64,000 bases of DNA from Bacteroidales bacterium (lineage in GTDB: Bacteria; Bacteroidota; Bacteroidia; Bacteroidales; VadinHA17), in the NCBI GenBank assembly GCA_049654745.1, contig JBASIK010000145.1, positions 14,122 to 78,121 of the forward strand. Direction: 5' to 3'. Below the pieces are notes generated by a model, which worked only from the letters and a program-made list of their open reading frames with translations, made no database searches and was not told the DNA's origin. Positions 8,966-19,011 of the stretch are shown in pieces. How positions within the stretch are numbered: the first letter of the stretch is position 1; each line of letters opens with the position of its first letter. The position numbers and the translations under genes are program-made.

Positions 8966-9649
8966 TCACTTCAGGCTTAAAGTGTACAAAAACAACTTTT
9001 TTACATCTTCAATCTTTGCGAAATCAATTTTATTCTGGCTTATAAATTTTTCAAGTTCCTTTTGTTTTCCAGGGAAGATTTTAAGAAACTGTTTTCTATT
9101 CCTGAAATTATTCATCTCCCCGTTAATTCTGACCCAGTACTGGCTATCGTCAACGACCTTAGATCCTTCCGGCACGGTGAGATCTATTGCACCGGTTGGA
9201 CCGTATATCTGCTGATAATACTGCGGAGCTACTGTTTTTGATGTCAGACCATAACCTATCTGTGCACCAGGTATCTCAAAATGTGCCCTGTGCTGACGAA
9301 AAAGAGCCGTATTCCCTTCCTGAGCAAGCAACTCGTAAAAACCCTTCTCAAACGGCACAAAAATTCTGTTGGCAAGAAATATTGTATCGACAAGCTGGGG
9401 CTCTCTTAGAACCAGAGTCTGTTTCCGCTGAAGAAAAATCATTTGTTGTCCCACAAGATCATAATTCATAATGCCTTTATTGACCACTCCCGACTTAAGC
9501 TTGACAATTCCCGTTGTAAAACGGGGCAGAAGAAGACTTGGAACATCTTTAAGCGTATCCACCTCCTGGGCTTTAAGTCCAAAGCAGAATAATATGGCAA
9601 TAAAAGAAGCCTGTAGTTTTATAAATGTCAATTTAATTATCCTCACCAT
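8966..9649 (-). CDS. Hypothetical secreted protein
   Basis: ORF 8966-9715. The internal Met at 9649 gives a plausible signal peptide, MVRIIKLTFIKLQASFIAILFCFGLKAQE. I recognise no motif. Confidence 0.5.
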   Translation of the reverse strand: MVRIIKLTFIKLQASFIAILFCFGLKAQEVDTLKDVPSLLLPRFTTGIVKLKSGVVNKGIMNYDLVGQQMIFLQRKQTLVLREPQLVDTIFLANRIFVPFEKGFYELLAQEGNTALFRQHRAHFEIPGAQIGYGLTSKTVAPQYYQQIYGPTGAIDLTVPEGSKVVDDSQYWVRINGEMNNFRNRKQFLKIFPGKQKELEKFISQNKIDFAKIEDVKKLFLYTLSLK

Positions 9650-9755
9650 CTTAACCGGATTATCTAAGAATAAACAGAATTGCGGTTTAATTATTGCAAA
9701 AATCCTGCCATTCATTGTTTTTAATAATAGTTATGACTTTTTTCATATTTCATAT

Positions 9756-11333
9756 TTATTGTTTTCTGGCTTCGGTCTCATCGCTGTAGAGACCTTCTCT
9801 TGAGAGCAGGTGGTCGAGATTTGCAAGGCCATAAACTACAACTGCCGTCACAATTGCCGTATGATTCTGATATTCAGCTATGCTTTTATCGTAAGTGTCT
9901 CTTTCAGTGTGCCATATTTCACCGTAGTTAAAATTATAACCCTCGGGGTCGGCTGTGCCAAAGGCTATTGTGGGAACTCCGTTCATTGCGAAATATGCAT
10001 GGTCGGAGCCTCCTGCAGTAACCGGCCTGGGACCCGGAGGAGTAGTCCTTTTATTCACAGTGAACGGGAATTTCGGATTAATATCTTTCAAAGGTTCACA
10101 TACCTTTATGAAGTCTTCATACATTGCTTCGGGAACCGTTACACTGTTGGCAACGGTTGGACCTCCGTCGCGGTTAAAATAATTTGATATCCTGCCCAGT
10201 TTATCCTTGTTTCTTGTTACCCAGCTCTTGGAGCCCCAGAGACCAAACTCCTCAGCAGCCCACAAAGTAACAAGAATAGTTCTTTTCGGTTTGCCGCCTG
10301 CCTTCATTATAAGACGTGCTGCTTCAATTGCAGGTGTTACACCCGAACCATCGTCCACCCCTCCTGTCGCAACATCAAATGAATCGAGATGCCCGCCCAT
10401 AATAACATATTCATCAGGGTATTTTGTGCCCCGGATAACCCCTATGACATTATAATACTTTACCGGACCCGGCCTGAAATGGTTGCGTATATCAAATTCG
10501 AGCTGAAAATACCTTCTCTCCTTAACCATCTGCTCGATAATCTTGTACTGGTGTTCGTCAAGTTTTATATCTGGTACAGTTGGCAGATTGTCAAATGACA
10601 TTTTTTCGATGTTTTTCCTGTCGTACAATACTCTTATAGGTACAGCCGACGATTGTATAATTCCTAGAATTCCGGCTTCGCGCATCTCTTTATAAAAAAG
10701 TGCAGGCTCATCCTTAAGCGGGATGAGGGGTTGCTGCTCACTTTCAGGCTTTTTGCGGTTTTCGGCTGCAATCTCACGATTCTTCCTCTCTATCTCTTCA
10801 TTCTCCTCAATAATCTTTGCCCTTATTGAATCGCCTGTCGCCGACCAGTCGATAGGCCACCCGTTATTGGTTCCTGTGATTAGCACCCAGGCTCCTTTAA
10901 GTGCACCCTTCATCCTTTCAAACTCAGCCCTTGTTTTAGGTTCCATAAGCACATGCCCTCGCTGCACACCTTTTGTACCTGCAGTATATGAGGGTGTTGC
11001 AAAATGAAGTATCATCCCATCTTCACTTAGCATCCTTCCAAACCAGGGTCCACGGTTGAAACCAACAGGCAAGGTACCAACCTCATCAAGTATCACTTCC
11101 ATGCCCCATTTTTTAAATTGCTCAGCACACCACTTCACTGCATTGTCGTAAGCATCTGAACCGGTAATCCTTCCTCCAATCCTGTTTGTAAGGACGTCAA
11201 GATGATTCATAGTCAGATTTTCTGTCTGACCTAGCCGGATAATCTCCTTTATTACTCTGTCATGCTGTGCATAACCTTCAGGAAATAAACACAACAGGAA
11301 AAATACAATCACATATAGTTTGAAAAGTTTCAT
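9756..11333 (-). CDS. M28 family metallopeptidase, secreted
   Basis: Signal peptide. Zn-ligand blocks GGHLDSFDVATGGVDDGSG and LWAAEEFGLWGS. Confidence 0.85.
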   Translation of the reverse strand: MKLFKLYVIVFFLLCLFPEGYAQHDRVIKEIIRLGQTENLTMNHLDVLTNRIGGRITGSDAYDNAVKWCAEQFKKWGMEVILDEVGTLPVGFNRGPWFGRMLSEDGMILHFATPSYTAGTKGVQRGHVLMEPKTRAEFERMKGALKGAWVLITGTNNGWPIDWSATGDSIRAKIIEENEEIERKNREIAAENRKKPESEQQPLIPLKDEPALFYKEMREAGILGIIQSSAVPIRVLYDRKNIEKMSFDNLPTVPDIKLDEHQYKIIEQMVKERRYFQLEFDIRNHFRPGPVKYYNVIGVIRGTKYPDEYVIMGGHLDSFDVATGGVDDGSGVTPAIEAARLIMKAGGKPKRTILVTLWAAEEFGLWGSKSWVTRNKDKLGRISNYFNRDGGPTVANSVTVPEAMYEDFIKVCEPLKDINPKFPFTVNKRTTPPGPRPVTAGGSDHAYFAMNGVPTIAFGTADPEGYNFNYGEIWHTERDTYDKSIAEYQNHTAIVTAVVVYGLANLDHLLSREGLYSDETEARKQ

Positions 11334-11595
11334 GTGCAGAATATTTATTTATATTTGATTATCAGATTTTTCCATCTTCTTTAAAATAGCTTTAAACTCT
11401 ATCAGAATGAGGTACCTTTTAATTGGAATAATTATTTCTTTAGTAGCTGATTTCAATTTCATATCAACTTATGGTTGCATAATCATATTTTTTTCATCAC
11501 TACAATAATCAAAAAACTTATTCATCAAATTCAAAGACCCGGCAAAAATAACATTTATATCTTACTAAACTCATTTGCAGGTAACTGGTTTCATT

Positions 11596-14500
11596 TTATT
11601 TAACAGTTTTTATTTCCGGTGGTATCAACTTGTACATTACAGGTGTTACCAGTCTTGCAAAAAGGGTTGAGGTTATTAAACCCCCTATAATCACATATGC
11701 AAGAGGAGAATAAAGAGCTGAACCACTGAGTGCAATTGGCATAAGGCCTCCAACAGCTGTTAGTGTGGTTAGAACTACAGGAAGGAATCTTATCTCACCT
11801 GCCTTTTGAATTGCTTCATCAAGAGAGACCCCTTCTTCTCTGAGCTGGTTTGTAAAATCCACAAGCAGTATTGAGTTTTTGATTTCTATTCCGATTAAAG
11901 CCACAAAACCAACAGCAGCAGCAAACGAGAGGGTGTTACCCGTGATATAAAGCATCAATATACCTCCAATAATTCCGAGAGGTATTACTGATAGTACTAT
12001 CAGTGTGCCCTTAAATGTTTTGAATTCAAGAAGAAGAATAGTAAATATCCCGAAAACAGCAATAAGTATTGCCGACCATATTCCGGCAAAACTTTCCCGT
12101 CTGCTTTCCAGCTCACCTGCAGGGATAATCCTGTAGCCGTCAGGAAGTTTAAGCTGGTAAAGTTTTTCAAGTACCTGTCTGGTAAGCCGGTCGGTATTGT
12201 AGCCTGTCATAACTGATGCCGAAACTGTAATTGACCTTTCCCTGTTATAATGCTGGATCACAGTGGGTGAATCAGAGAATTCCACCCTGGCAATCTGTGA
12301 AAGAGGTACCAGAGAGCCGGTCAGGGAAGCAATATAGATACTGTTCAGTCTGTCAATATCAGCCTCTCCACGATGAACCTGCCTTACCATCAAGGGGTAC
12401 TCCTTCCCCTCTGAGTCTCTGAACCTGTCAGCTTCAATACCCGCAAGGGCAAGCCTGATGGTCCTGTCCACTTCTATTGACGGAATTCCCAGCATTCCTG
12501 CCTTCTCCGAATTTACCTCAATCCTGAGGTCGGTAAGAGACTGACTGAGAGGATTCTTAATATAAATTGTACCGGGTGTGTTTCTGAAGATTTCTTCAAT
12601 TACCTCAGCATATTTATACAGTGTATCGAGGTTGTTACCTACAAGCCTGACCGCTATTGCAGCATCAACCGGCATTCCGTTTTCAAATTCATTAACATAT
12701 ATCTTACCATTTGGATAAGTATTCAGAGTATCTCTGAGCCATTCAACAAACATTTGCAATTGTTTCAGATATTCCGGTTTAACCTCGCACATCACTTCAC
12801 CCAGGGTTGTCTGTCCGCTTTTCTGGAAAGAATTGTAATAAATCATCGGATTACCTTTCCCGATATTTGACATAAAATACTTTACTTCGGGTCTTCCTGA
12901 AAGGACCGATTCAACAAATTTTACTGCACGATCGGTCTCATTTAAATTGCTCCCGCGCGGTGTTTCAACAGTAATCAGGAACTGTGGTATACCTGCTTTC
13001 GGGAAAAGGCTGAAACCGATAACCTTAATCAGAAAAAGGGAAGCTGTAAAAAGTATAGCAGCACCTGTTACAGTCTTGACCGGATTATTGAGCGACCAGT
13101 GCAATGCCTTTGAATATGTGAAGTTTATTGCTTTATGAAAGGCCCTGAGAACTACGTTTCCTCTCGGGTCGGTATTACCTTTAAGCATCCGGCTAGCAAT
13201 AAATGGTATTATGGTCAGAGCCACAAACAACGAGCCTGTAACGACGAATGCAATTGTTGTGGGGAGCGATCTCATATACTTACCAGCCATGCCCGGCAGA
13301 AACATCAGCGGCAGGAAAGCAAAAATAAGTGTTGCCGTACAGCCAAGAACCGCAGTCCCTATTTGCCTTGTTGCACCTATTGCCGCTTCAGAAGGACTTT
13401 TCCCTTCCCTAACCCATCTCGAGATATTTTCAATGACCACAATTGAATCATCAACAAGAAGTCCGAGAGCTATAACTCCGCCCACAATACTTAACTGATT
13501 AATGCTGAATCCTGTAAAGTAGAGTCCTATTACACCAATCATAAGCGAAAGGGGAATTGAAACAAGAACGGTGCCCGAGGCTCTGAAACCCAGGGGTAGC
13601 AAAGTAACAATCACAAGGAAAAATGCGAAAAGAAAATCTTTTTCAAGACGTGTCAGTTTTCTCCTTACATTCTGCGACTGGTCAAAACCTCTTTCAAGCC
13701 TGATCCCCTTCGGCAACTTCTTTTCGAAAGAATCATAAACCTTATATATATCATTCCTTACCCTGTGGATGTTATAACCTTTTTTCATACTCGCAATTAC
13801 AAAAGCTGCCTTTTCTCCGTTGTATCTTCCAAAATATTTCTTATCCTCATTGCTCCACATTACCTGTGCTACATCTTTCAGGTAAACAATTTGCCCGTTA
13901 TCAGAGCCTACGATTGTGTTTCTTACATTTTCAACCGACTGATATCCACCAGTTGTTCTGATGTTAAATTTCCTTGGTCCTACATCTATACTTCCTGCCG
14001 GAATGTTGGCATTTTCACTCTGTATGGCAGCTATAATCCTGCTTACTGTCAGCTTTAACTGTGCCATTTTACTGAGGTCTATTTCAATCCTTACCTCCCT
14101 CGCAGGATAAGCAAGTGCTTCAGCTTTTCGCACTCCCGGTACAGACGAGACAAGATCACGAAGTTCTTCGGCATAATCGCCCAGTGCTTCGTAAGATGCT
14201 GTTTCTGAAACAATTGCACTTTGAACAATATTTGTATTTCCTGCCTGAATTTTAATTGCTTCCAGACTGTAAAGTCCTTCAGGAAGTGAAGGCCGAAGAG
14301 AATTAAGTTGTCTTAAAATCTCATCATATTTTTTGTCAGGATCACTTTCCGCTGTAAATTCAACCACAATTATTGCCACTCCATCCTTTATTTCCGTTTT
14401 TATTCTTTTGAGATCTTCAAGCTCATTAATGCTTTTTTCCACCTTGTCGACCACAAGTTGTTCAATATCAACAGGAGAAGCTCCCGGGTAAACGGCTATA

Positions 14501-14640
14501 ACCGGGAATATTGGTATCGGAAACTCGGGATCCTCGGCCTGGGGTATTTTTATGAAAGAAATTACCCCCATCACCACAAGCATCAAAAACACTATTATCG
14601 TAAACTGATAATTTCTGACTGCCAGTTCCGAAATTTTCAT
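11596..14640 (-). CDS. RND efflux transporter permease (AcrB/HAE family)
   Basis: 1014 aa. Two-fold repeat of TM bundles plus large periplasmic loops. First in line after the MFP and TolC genes. Confidence 0.9.
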   Translation of the reverse strand: MKISELAVRNYQFTIIVFLMLVVMGVISFIKIPQAEDPEFPIPIFPVIAVYPGASPVDIEQLVVDKVEKSINELEDLKRIKTEIKDGVAIIVVEFTAESDPDKKYDEILRQLNSLRPSLPEGLYSLEAIKIQAGNTNIVQSAIVSETASYEALGDYAEELRDLVSSVPGVRKAEALAYPAREVRIEIDLSKMAQLKLTVSRIIAAIQSENANIPAGSIDVGPRKFNIRTTGGYQSVENVRNTIVGSDNGQIVYLKDVAQVMWSNEDKKYFGRYNGEKAAFVIASMKKGYNIHRVRNDIYKVYDSFEKKLPKGIRLERGFDQSQNVRRKLTRLEKDFLFAFFLVIVTLLPLGFRASGTVLVSIPLSLMIGVIGLYFTGFSINQLSIVGGVIALGLLVDDSIVVIENISRWVREGKSPSEAAIGATRQIGTAVLGCTATLIFAFLPLMFLPGMAGKYMRSLPTTIAFVVTGSLFVALTIIPFIASRMLKGNTDPRGNVVLRAFHKAINFTYSKALHWSLNNPVKTVTGAAILFTASLFLIKVIGFSLFPKAGIPQFLITVETPRGSNLNETDRAVKFVESVLSGRPEVKYFMSNIGKGNPMIYYNSFQKSGQTTLGEVMCEVKPEYLKQLQMFVEWLRDTLNTYPNGKIYVNEFENGMPVDAAIAVRLVGNNLDTLYKYAEVIEEIFRNTPGTIYIKNPLSQSLTDLRIEVNSEKAGMLGIPSIEVDRTIRLALAGIEADRFRDSEGKEYPLMVRQVHRGEADIDRLNSIYIASLTGSLVPLSQIARVEFSDSPTVIQHYNRERSITVSASVMTGYNTDRLTRQVLEKLYQLKLPDGYRIIPAGELESRRESFAGIWSAILIAVFGIFTILLLEFKTFKGTLIVLSVIPLGIIGGILMLYITGNTLSFAAAVGFVALIGIEIKNSILLVDFTNQLREEGVSLDEAIQKAGEIRFLPVVLTTLTAVGGLMPIALSGSALYSPLAYVIIGGLITSTLFARLVTPVMYKLIPPEIKTVK

Positions 14641-14647
14641 AACAGCT

Positions 14648-15679
14648 TTAATTTAAGACATTTACTTTCATACCGTCCTTCAGATAAGCTGCGCCTTCAG
14701 AAACAATACGGGTAACGTCTCCTGGAAGATTCTCCACTGCTATTTCTGACCCCCGGATGCCTGTTATAACCACTTTTATCTTTTTCACTGTTGATGAATC
14801 AGTTAGGGCAAAGATGTACCCTGTATTACCGTCAGCATCAACAACTGAGCCTGCCGGAACATAAACGGTATTTACGCTTACCGACGGAAATATATCAACC
14901 CCTGCAATAAATCCGGCTGCTAGTCTGTAGCCGCCATCGCTGAAACGGATTTCCACATCGAAAGTACCTGTAAGAGGCCCTGCAAGTTCACCTGTTTTCT
15001 CAACAACACCCGGCAAGCGTACTCCAGGCCATGCATCGGGCATTACCACAGCAGAATCACCCGGACTCACCCTGATTATATCCCTGTCGGCAAGCCCGGC
15101 TGTCACCTTCCACATTTTACCTGAAAGGCCGAATAGAAAAACAGGATAACCCGCCGCAACCAGCTCGTTTTCACGTACAAGCTGTTTAAGTATTATTCCA
15201 TCGGCCGGTGCAACAATTTTTGACCGTTCGAGATTAAATTTTGCTATATCTAGGTTCGACTTTGCCATATTAAGCGCCGTAGTTGCGTTCTGAAGCTGTT
15301 CAAGCGTTGCCACACTATCGGCATAAAGATTTCTGACCCTTGTGTAATCCCGTAATGCCTTTTCATAGGCATTGCGGGCAAGTTCTGCCTGCGAACTGAT
15401 TTCAGAAAGATTAAGTGAGGCAAGCAGTGTCCCTTTCTTAACACGGTCACCTTCTTTAACGAAAATATGCTCAACTATACCCCCTGTCTTGAATGAGAGC
15501 TTTATTTCTTCTTCTGGCATTATTACACCTGCTGCATGCACAGGCAGACTCTCCTGTGAAGATGCAACTGAAACCACCTTAACATTATTCAAATCTGCAA
15601 CAATGTGTTGTTCCTGTCTGCTTTTACAGGATAACACCAGAAATTGCAGAATTAATAAAAACAGAATTTCTTTTTTCAT
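14648..15679 (-). CDS. RND efflux periplasmic adaptor (membrane fusion protein)
   Basis: Lipoprotein signal LVLSC. Biotinyl-lipoyl-like hairpin (VKEGDRVKKGTLLASL .. IVAPADGII) with a coiled-coil between. Sits in an operon with the RND pump. Confidence 0.85.
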   Translation of the reverse strand: MKKEILFLLILQFLVLSCKSRQEQHIVADLNNVKVVSVASSQESLPVHAAGVIMPEEEIKLSFKTGGIVEHIFVKEGDRVKKGTLLASLNLSEISSQAELARNAYEKALRDYTRVRNLYADSVATLEQLQNATTALNMAKSNLDIAKFNLERSKIVAPADGIILKQLVRENELVAAGYPVFLFGLSGKMWKVTAGLADRDIIRVSPGDSAVVMPDAWPGVRLPGVVEKTGELAGPLTGTFDVEIRFSDGGYRLAAGFIAGVDIFPSVSVNTVYVPAGSVVDADGNTGYIFALTDSSTVKKIKVVITGIRGSEIAVENLPGDVTRIVSEGAAYLKDGMKVNVLN

Positions 15680-17046
15680 TTTATAGAAAATTTTTCGTAT
15701 ATATCTGAATTTATTACTGTTACTCTTTCAAAATCGGCAAAACAAGAGAGGTAATTAAACTTTGATATTACAAGATTCTCTTCAGCCTGTGTCAGATTTG
15801 AGCGTGCATCAAGAAATTCCAGCAGGCTTGCCTGCCCTTCTCCATATTTTCTCTGCACCAGCCGGAACCCTTCTGAAGCATTTTTGAGCCTTTTCTCTGC
15901 AGTTAGTATCTCTTTTTCTGAAGTAAGGAGTTCACTCAAAGTTGTAAGTACTTCCAGCTCAATCTTTTTCTTTGCCTCTTCGAGTTTAGAATCGGCTTCG
16001 GCTTTATCAAGCATGGCCTGCCTTATTTTTGCACGGTTACGGTAACCTTCAAATAAGGTCCATGTAAGAACAGCTGAGGCCTGAAGATAATCCTGCTCTT
16101 TGTTGAATCTATATTCTTCACCCTGAAATCCGTAATCAAACACAAAATAGATGTCGGGAAGTTTATTTGCCTGGTTCATCTTAACCTGCAACTCTGCCAT
16201 ATTCTGATATTTCCTGAGCTTTTCGAGTTCCTCCCTGCCAGAAATGGCAGAATAAGTGTATTGTTCAGTAACAGGACTGATAGTAGGGAAACTGTCGGGA
16301 AAAGAGGTGATTACCGGTGTCTCCAGTGGCCGGTTCAAAAGAAAATTGAAATAGGCAACCGCAGTTTTCCTATTGTTTTCAGCCCTTTGAAGCTCCTGTT
16401 CATACCTTGCAAGTTCAGATTCGGAGCGGTAAACAAAATCTTTTGTAACCTTGTCATTTTCAAAGAGTTTCCTGCTTACCCGTACATTTTCCTCAAGAAG
16501 CTTTCCTGTCTCTTTAAGAATGTCAAGCATCGCACTGGCCATTGCAACATTGTAATAGGCTTTCTTTATTTCTGCTATGAGTTCTCTCCTGTACTGATTC
16601 AGGTCAACTTCATTGTAAAGATTTATCTCTTTCCTTATCTGTGTGTTATAATAAATTTCCGGACTGAAGACAGGTTGAGTAACCCTTATTTTAGTTTCAT
16701 GTTCTCTCGGACGCAGAAACTTTATAACCTGATCATCAATTGGAGAGAAGAGATTTGAGTGGGTAAGAGCATTAAGTGTCATGAAAACTGGATTCATGAG
16801 AGTGCCGGCAGGAAATTCAATAGTCCTGCCACCTTCTGAACGTGTGTATCTTGCAATAAAGCTTATTCCCGGGTAGAAAAGAGCCCTTGCTTCCCTGAGA
16901 GCTTCCAGACTTTTCTGGCAGTCGAGAGTCTTCTGTTTCAGCACCAGGTTATTTTCAAGTCCATACTGAATATACTCTTCGAGAGATTCCTGACCGTAGA
17001 GAAAAGGTGAAAACAAAACTGCTGCAAAAAGAATATATTTTTTCAT
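15676..17046 (-). CDS. TolC family outer-membrane efflux protein
   Basis: 456 aa with a signal peptide and a duplicated coiled-coil/beta architecture. Overlaps the MFP start by 4 nt. Confidence 0.85.
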   Translation of the reverse strand: MKKYILFAAVLFSPFLYGQESLEEYIQYGLENNLVLKQKTLDCQKSLEALREARALFYPGISFIARYTRSEGGRTIEFPAGTLMNPVFMTLNALTHSNLFSPIDDQVIKFLRPREHETKIRVTQPVFSPEIYYNTQIRKEINLYNEVDLNQYRRELIAEIKKAYYNVAMASAMLDILKETGKLLEENVRVSRKLFENDKVTKDFVYRSESELARYEQELQRAENNRKTAVAYFNFLLNRPLETPVITSFPDSFPTISPVTEQYTYSAISGREELEKLRKYQNMAELQVKMNQANKLPDIYFVFDYGFQGEEYRFNKEQDYLQASAVLTWTLFEGYRNRAKIRQAMLDKAEADSKLEEAKKKIELEVLTTLSELLTSEKEILTAEKRLKNASEGFRLVQRKYGEGQASLLEFLDARSNLTQAEENLVISKFNYLSCFADFERVTVINSDIYEKFSIK

Positions 17047-17058
17047 TTTTCTGAATTT

Positions 17059-17514
17059 TTATCTTTTATCTATCCTCTCCTTCATATTTTTCAGAATAGC
17101 ATCAAAAAGTCTTCCGACCAGTTCCGCATCCTCAGGCTTCGCCTGACGATAAAGTGAACCGGTAAATGCAAATAGTTCCTTACGAAATGTCTCCTGAGCC
17201 CTGTAAACCGTTAGCCCCTTTTCTGTAAGATTCAACAAAACCTCTTTTTTATTTTTTGTCTGCTTTCGCAGAATAAGCCCTTTTGCAGAAAGTTTCCTGA
17301 TAGTCTGTGAAATAGCACCCTTTGTCACACCCATAAGTTCTGCAAGACGTGTAATATTCAATCCCTGATTCCTCCCAATCATTGCAAGAGTATGAACCTC
17401 AGTAAAATATAACATGTCACCCGTTCCATAATCCTTTGGTTTTCTGGTTATTAGAGAATACAGATGAAGAATTCTGAGAAACTGGTCAATAAGTTTCTGA
17501 AGCTCTTTTTCCAT
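17059..17514 (-). CDS. MarR family transcriptional regulator
   Basis: 151 aa. Winged-HTH block ITRLAELMGVTKGAISQTIRKLSAKGLILR. First gene of the efflux operon. Confidence 0.85.
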   Translation of the reverse strand: MEKELQKLIDQFLRILHLYSLITRKPKDYGTGDMLYFTEVHTLAMIGRNQGLNITRLAELMGVTKGAISQTIRKLSAKGLILRKQTKNKKEVLLNLTEKGLTVYRAQETFRKELFAFTGSLYRQAKPEDAELVGRLFDAILKNMKERIDKR

Positions 17515-17521
17515 TTATTAT

Positions 17522-17570
17522 TTTGTTTAGATGCTAAACAAAATTATAAATAGTTTAGATACTAAACAAA
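17522..17570 (-). promoter_or_regulatory. Two palindromic operator-like sites (GTTTAG-N3-CTAAAC) flanking or overlapping a -7 box TAATTTTG
   Basis: TTTGTTTAG-atg-CTAAACAAA (17522-17542) has perfect 9-bp arms. GTTTAG-ata-CTAAAC (17553-17567) lies 28 bp centre to centre. Minus-strand TAATTTTG is at 17539-17546. All of this is directly upstream of marR. Confidence 0.55.
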
Positions 17571-17703
17571 TTTTTAAATAAATTTCATTGAAAAACTCTG
17601 GAACTCTTATTTGGAGCCCCTTTGTCTCAGGAAGAATATATTTGAAAATCTTCAGGATTGGCAGGGAACCGCTGCCGGATTATCTAAGGTTTCCGTACGG
17701 TTG

Positions 17704-18159
17704 TTATTTTCTGGATTGTTTGTATTTGCTGATATATTTTTTACGAAACTCCTTAAGTAAAGCTTCCTCTTCCTCTCCTTTCTGTACTCCTTCAATAAGA
17801 ATTTTGCAAAGGCCCTCTATAACATCATCCGGGAAACCTGCCGCTATGGCATAACGTCTTATCATCTTTTTCTCAGCTTCCGTTATCACATTGTCTGAGA
17901 GTATAAGCTCGGTAATATTGTAAAGTTCAAAGAATTTATCCTCAAGACTGTATGGCGGATGATAATTTAAAGGATGCTCATTATTTATAATATCATCTAT
18001 TTCCGGGTCGGTAAGCCCGAATTTCCTTCCTTCTTTATGAAGAATCTCCATCTCAGTTTCGCTTATTTTCCCGTCAAGTTTCGCAACCTGAACCAGATGA
18101 ATGAAATGATCCCTGTTGATTCGTTTACCGGTGCTTGTAATAAAATTTGAGAAATTCAT
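17704..18159 (-). CDS. Hypothetical protein, possibly TerB-like
   Basis: 151-aa helical protein. VAKLDGKISETEMEIL and ILSDNVITEAEKKMI resemble the paired TerB-type repeats. This assignment is weak. Confidence 0.4.
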   Translation of the reverse strand: MNFSNFITSTGKRINRDHFIHLVQVAKLDGKISETEMEILHKEGRKFGLTDPEIDDIINNEHPLNYHPPYSLEDKFFELYNITELILSDNVITEAEKKMIRRYAIAAGFPDDVIEGLCKILIEGVQKGEEEEALLKEFRKKYISKYKQSRK

Positions 18160-18315
18160 ATTAGTATAAATTTGAGAAGCAAAATTATATAAAAGTCTGC
18201 CACACTTATCTCATCACAGTAAAAAACATTTAAAATTCTGTTTTGTTCTTAAGAAAATAAGGTATTGGAATAAAATAGGAAAATCATTTGTCATTAATTA
18301 TAAAAGACTACTATT

Positions 18316-19005
18316 ATGAAAAATACATTTCTTTGCAGGATGTGGTTTATTCCACTGCTTTTTACATTATTTTTTACTCCTGTGGCAAATAGTCAGAGTT
18401 TAAAAGAAAATCCAGCGCTCGATGAGCAGGTGAGGAAATTCCTCAATGAAAACTCACGAAGATGGTACGACATGAATGTACCTGAGGTTGACGGGAAACT
18501 TTTATATGATATAATTATAAAAAACAACTATAAAAGTGCTCTTGAAATTGGCACATCAACGGGTCATTCAGGCATCTGGATTGCATGGGCATTAAGTAAA
18601 ACAGGTGGCAAACTCATCACAATCGAAATTGATGAAGGCCGTCACAGGCAGGCTGTTGAGAATTTCAAAAAAGCAGGGCTATCAGAGTATATTGACGCCA
18701 GGCTTGCTGATGCGCATCAGCTTGTAAAAGAGTTAAAAGGTCCTTTTGATTTCATTTTCAGTGATGCTGACAAGGAATGGTATAAAAATTATTTCATAGA
18801 GCTCGACCCGAAATTAAAGGTTGGAGGATGTTTCACCGCCCACAATGTATATGATTACGGATCTGGAGGCAGAGGTGCAAGGGGTGGTTTCAGAAGCGGG
18901 CAACAGGAATTTCTTGAGTATGTCCGCAGTCTCCCGAATTATGAAACAACCGTCGACAACCGTGGTGGTGGAGTATCGATAAGTTATAAGAAAAGTTCCA
19001 GATAA
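18316..19005 (+). CDS. Class I SAM-dependent O-methyltransferase (caffeoyl-CoA OMT-like) with signal peptide
   Basis: ALEIGTSTGHSGIWIA (motif I), KLITIEID and DFIFSDADKEWY. The N-terminal MWFIPLLFTLFFTPVANSQ looks like a cleavable signal. Confidence 0.8.
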   Translation: MKNTFLCRMWFIPLLFTLFFTPVANSQSLKENPALDEQVRKFLNENSRRWYDMNVPEVDGKLLYDIIIKNNYKSALEIGTSTGHSGIWIAWALSKTGGKLITIEIDEGRHRQAVENFKKAGLSEYIDARLADAHQLVKELKGPFDFIFSDADKEWYKNYFIELDPKLKVGGCFTAHNVYDYGSGGRGARGGFRSGQQEFLEYVRSLPNYETTVDNRGGGVSISYKKSSR

Positions 19006-19011
19006 CCGGCA

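Noticed and set aside
9187-9803. Plus-strand ORFs of 94 and 110 aa opposite the 8966-9715 gene
   Set aside because: They overlap a minus-strand ORF that has a plausible signal peptide. They show no motifs and have unusual composition. Treated as shadow ORFs.
11334-11595. Possible small RNA or regulatory element in the 262-bp gap between the RND operon end and the M28 peptidase start
   Set aside because: I found only AT-rich sequence with no convincing hairpin, repeat or conserved RNA motif. It probably contains just the peptidase promoter.
16261-16758. 165-aa plus-strand ORF antisense to the TolC gene. Similar long antisense ORFs lie at 30263-30757, 42229-42690, 22752-23204, 20408-20836, 43254-43607 and 47056-47442.
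   Set aside because: Each lies wholly inside a strongly motif-supported gene on the opposite strand and translates to low-complexity S/F/L/I-rich sequence without recognisable motifs. This is typical of shadow ORFs.
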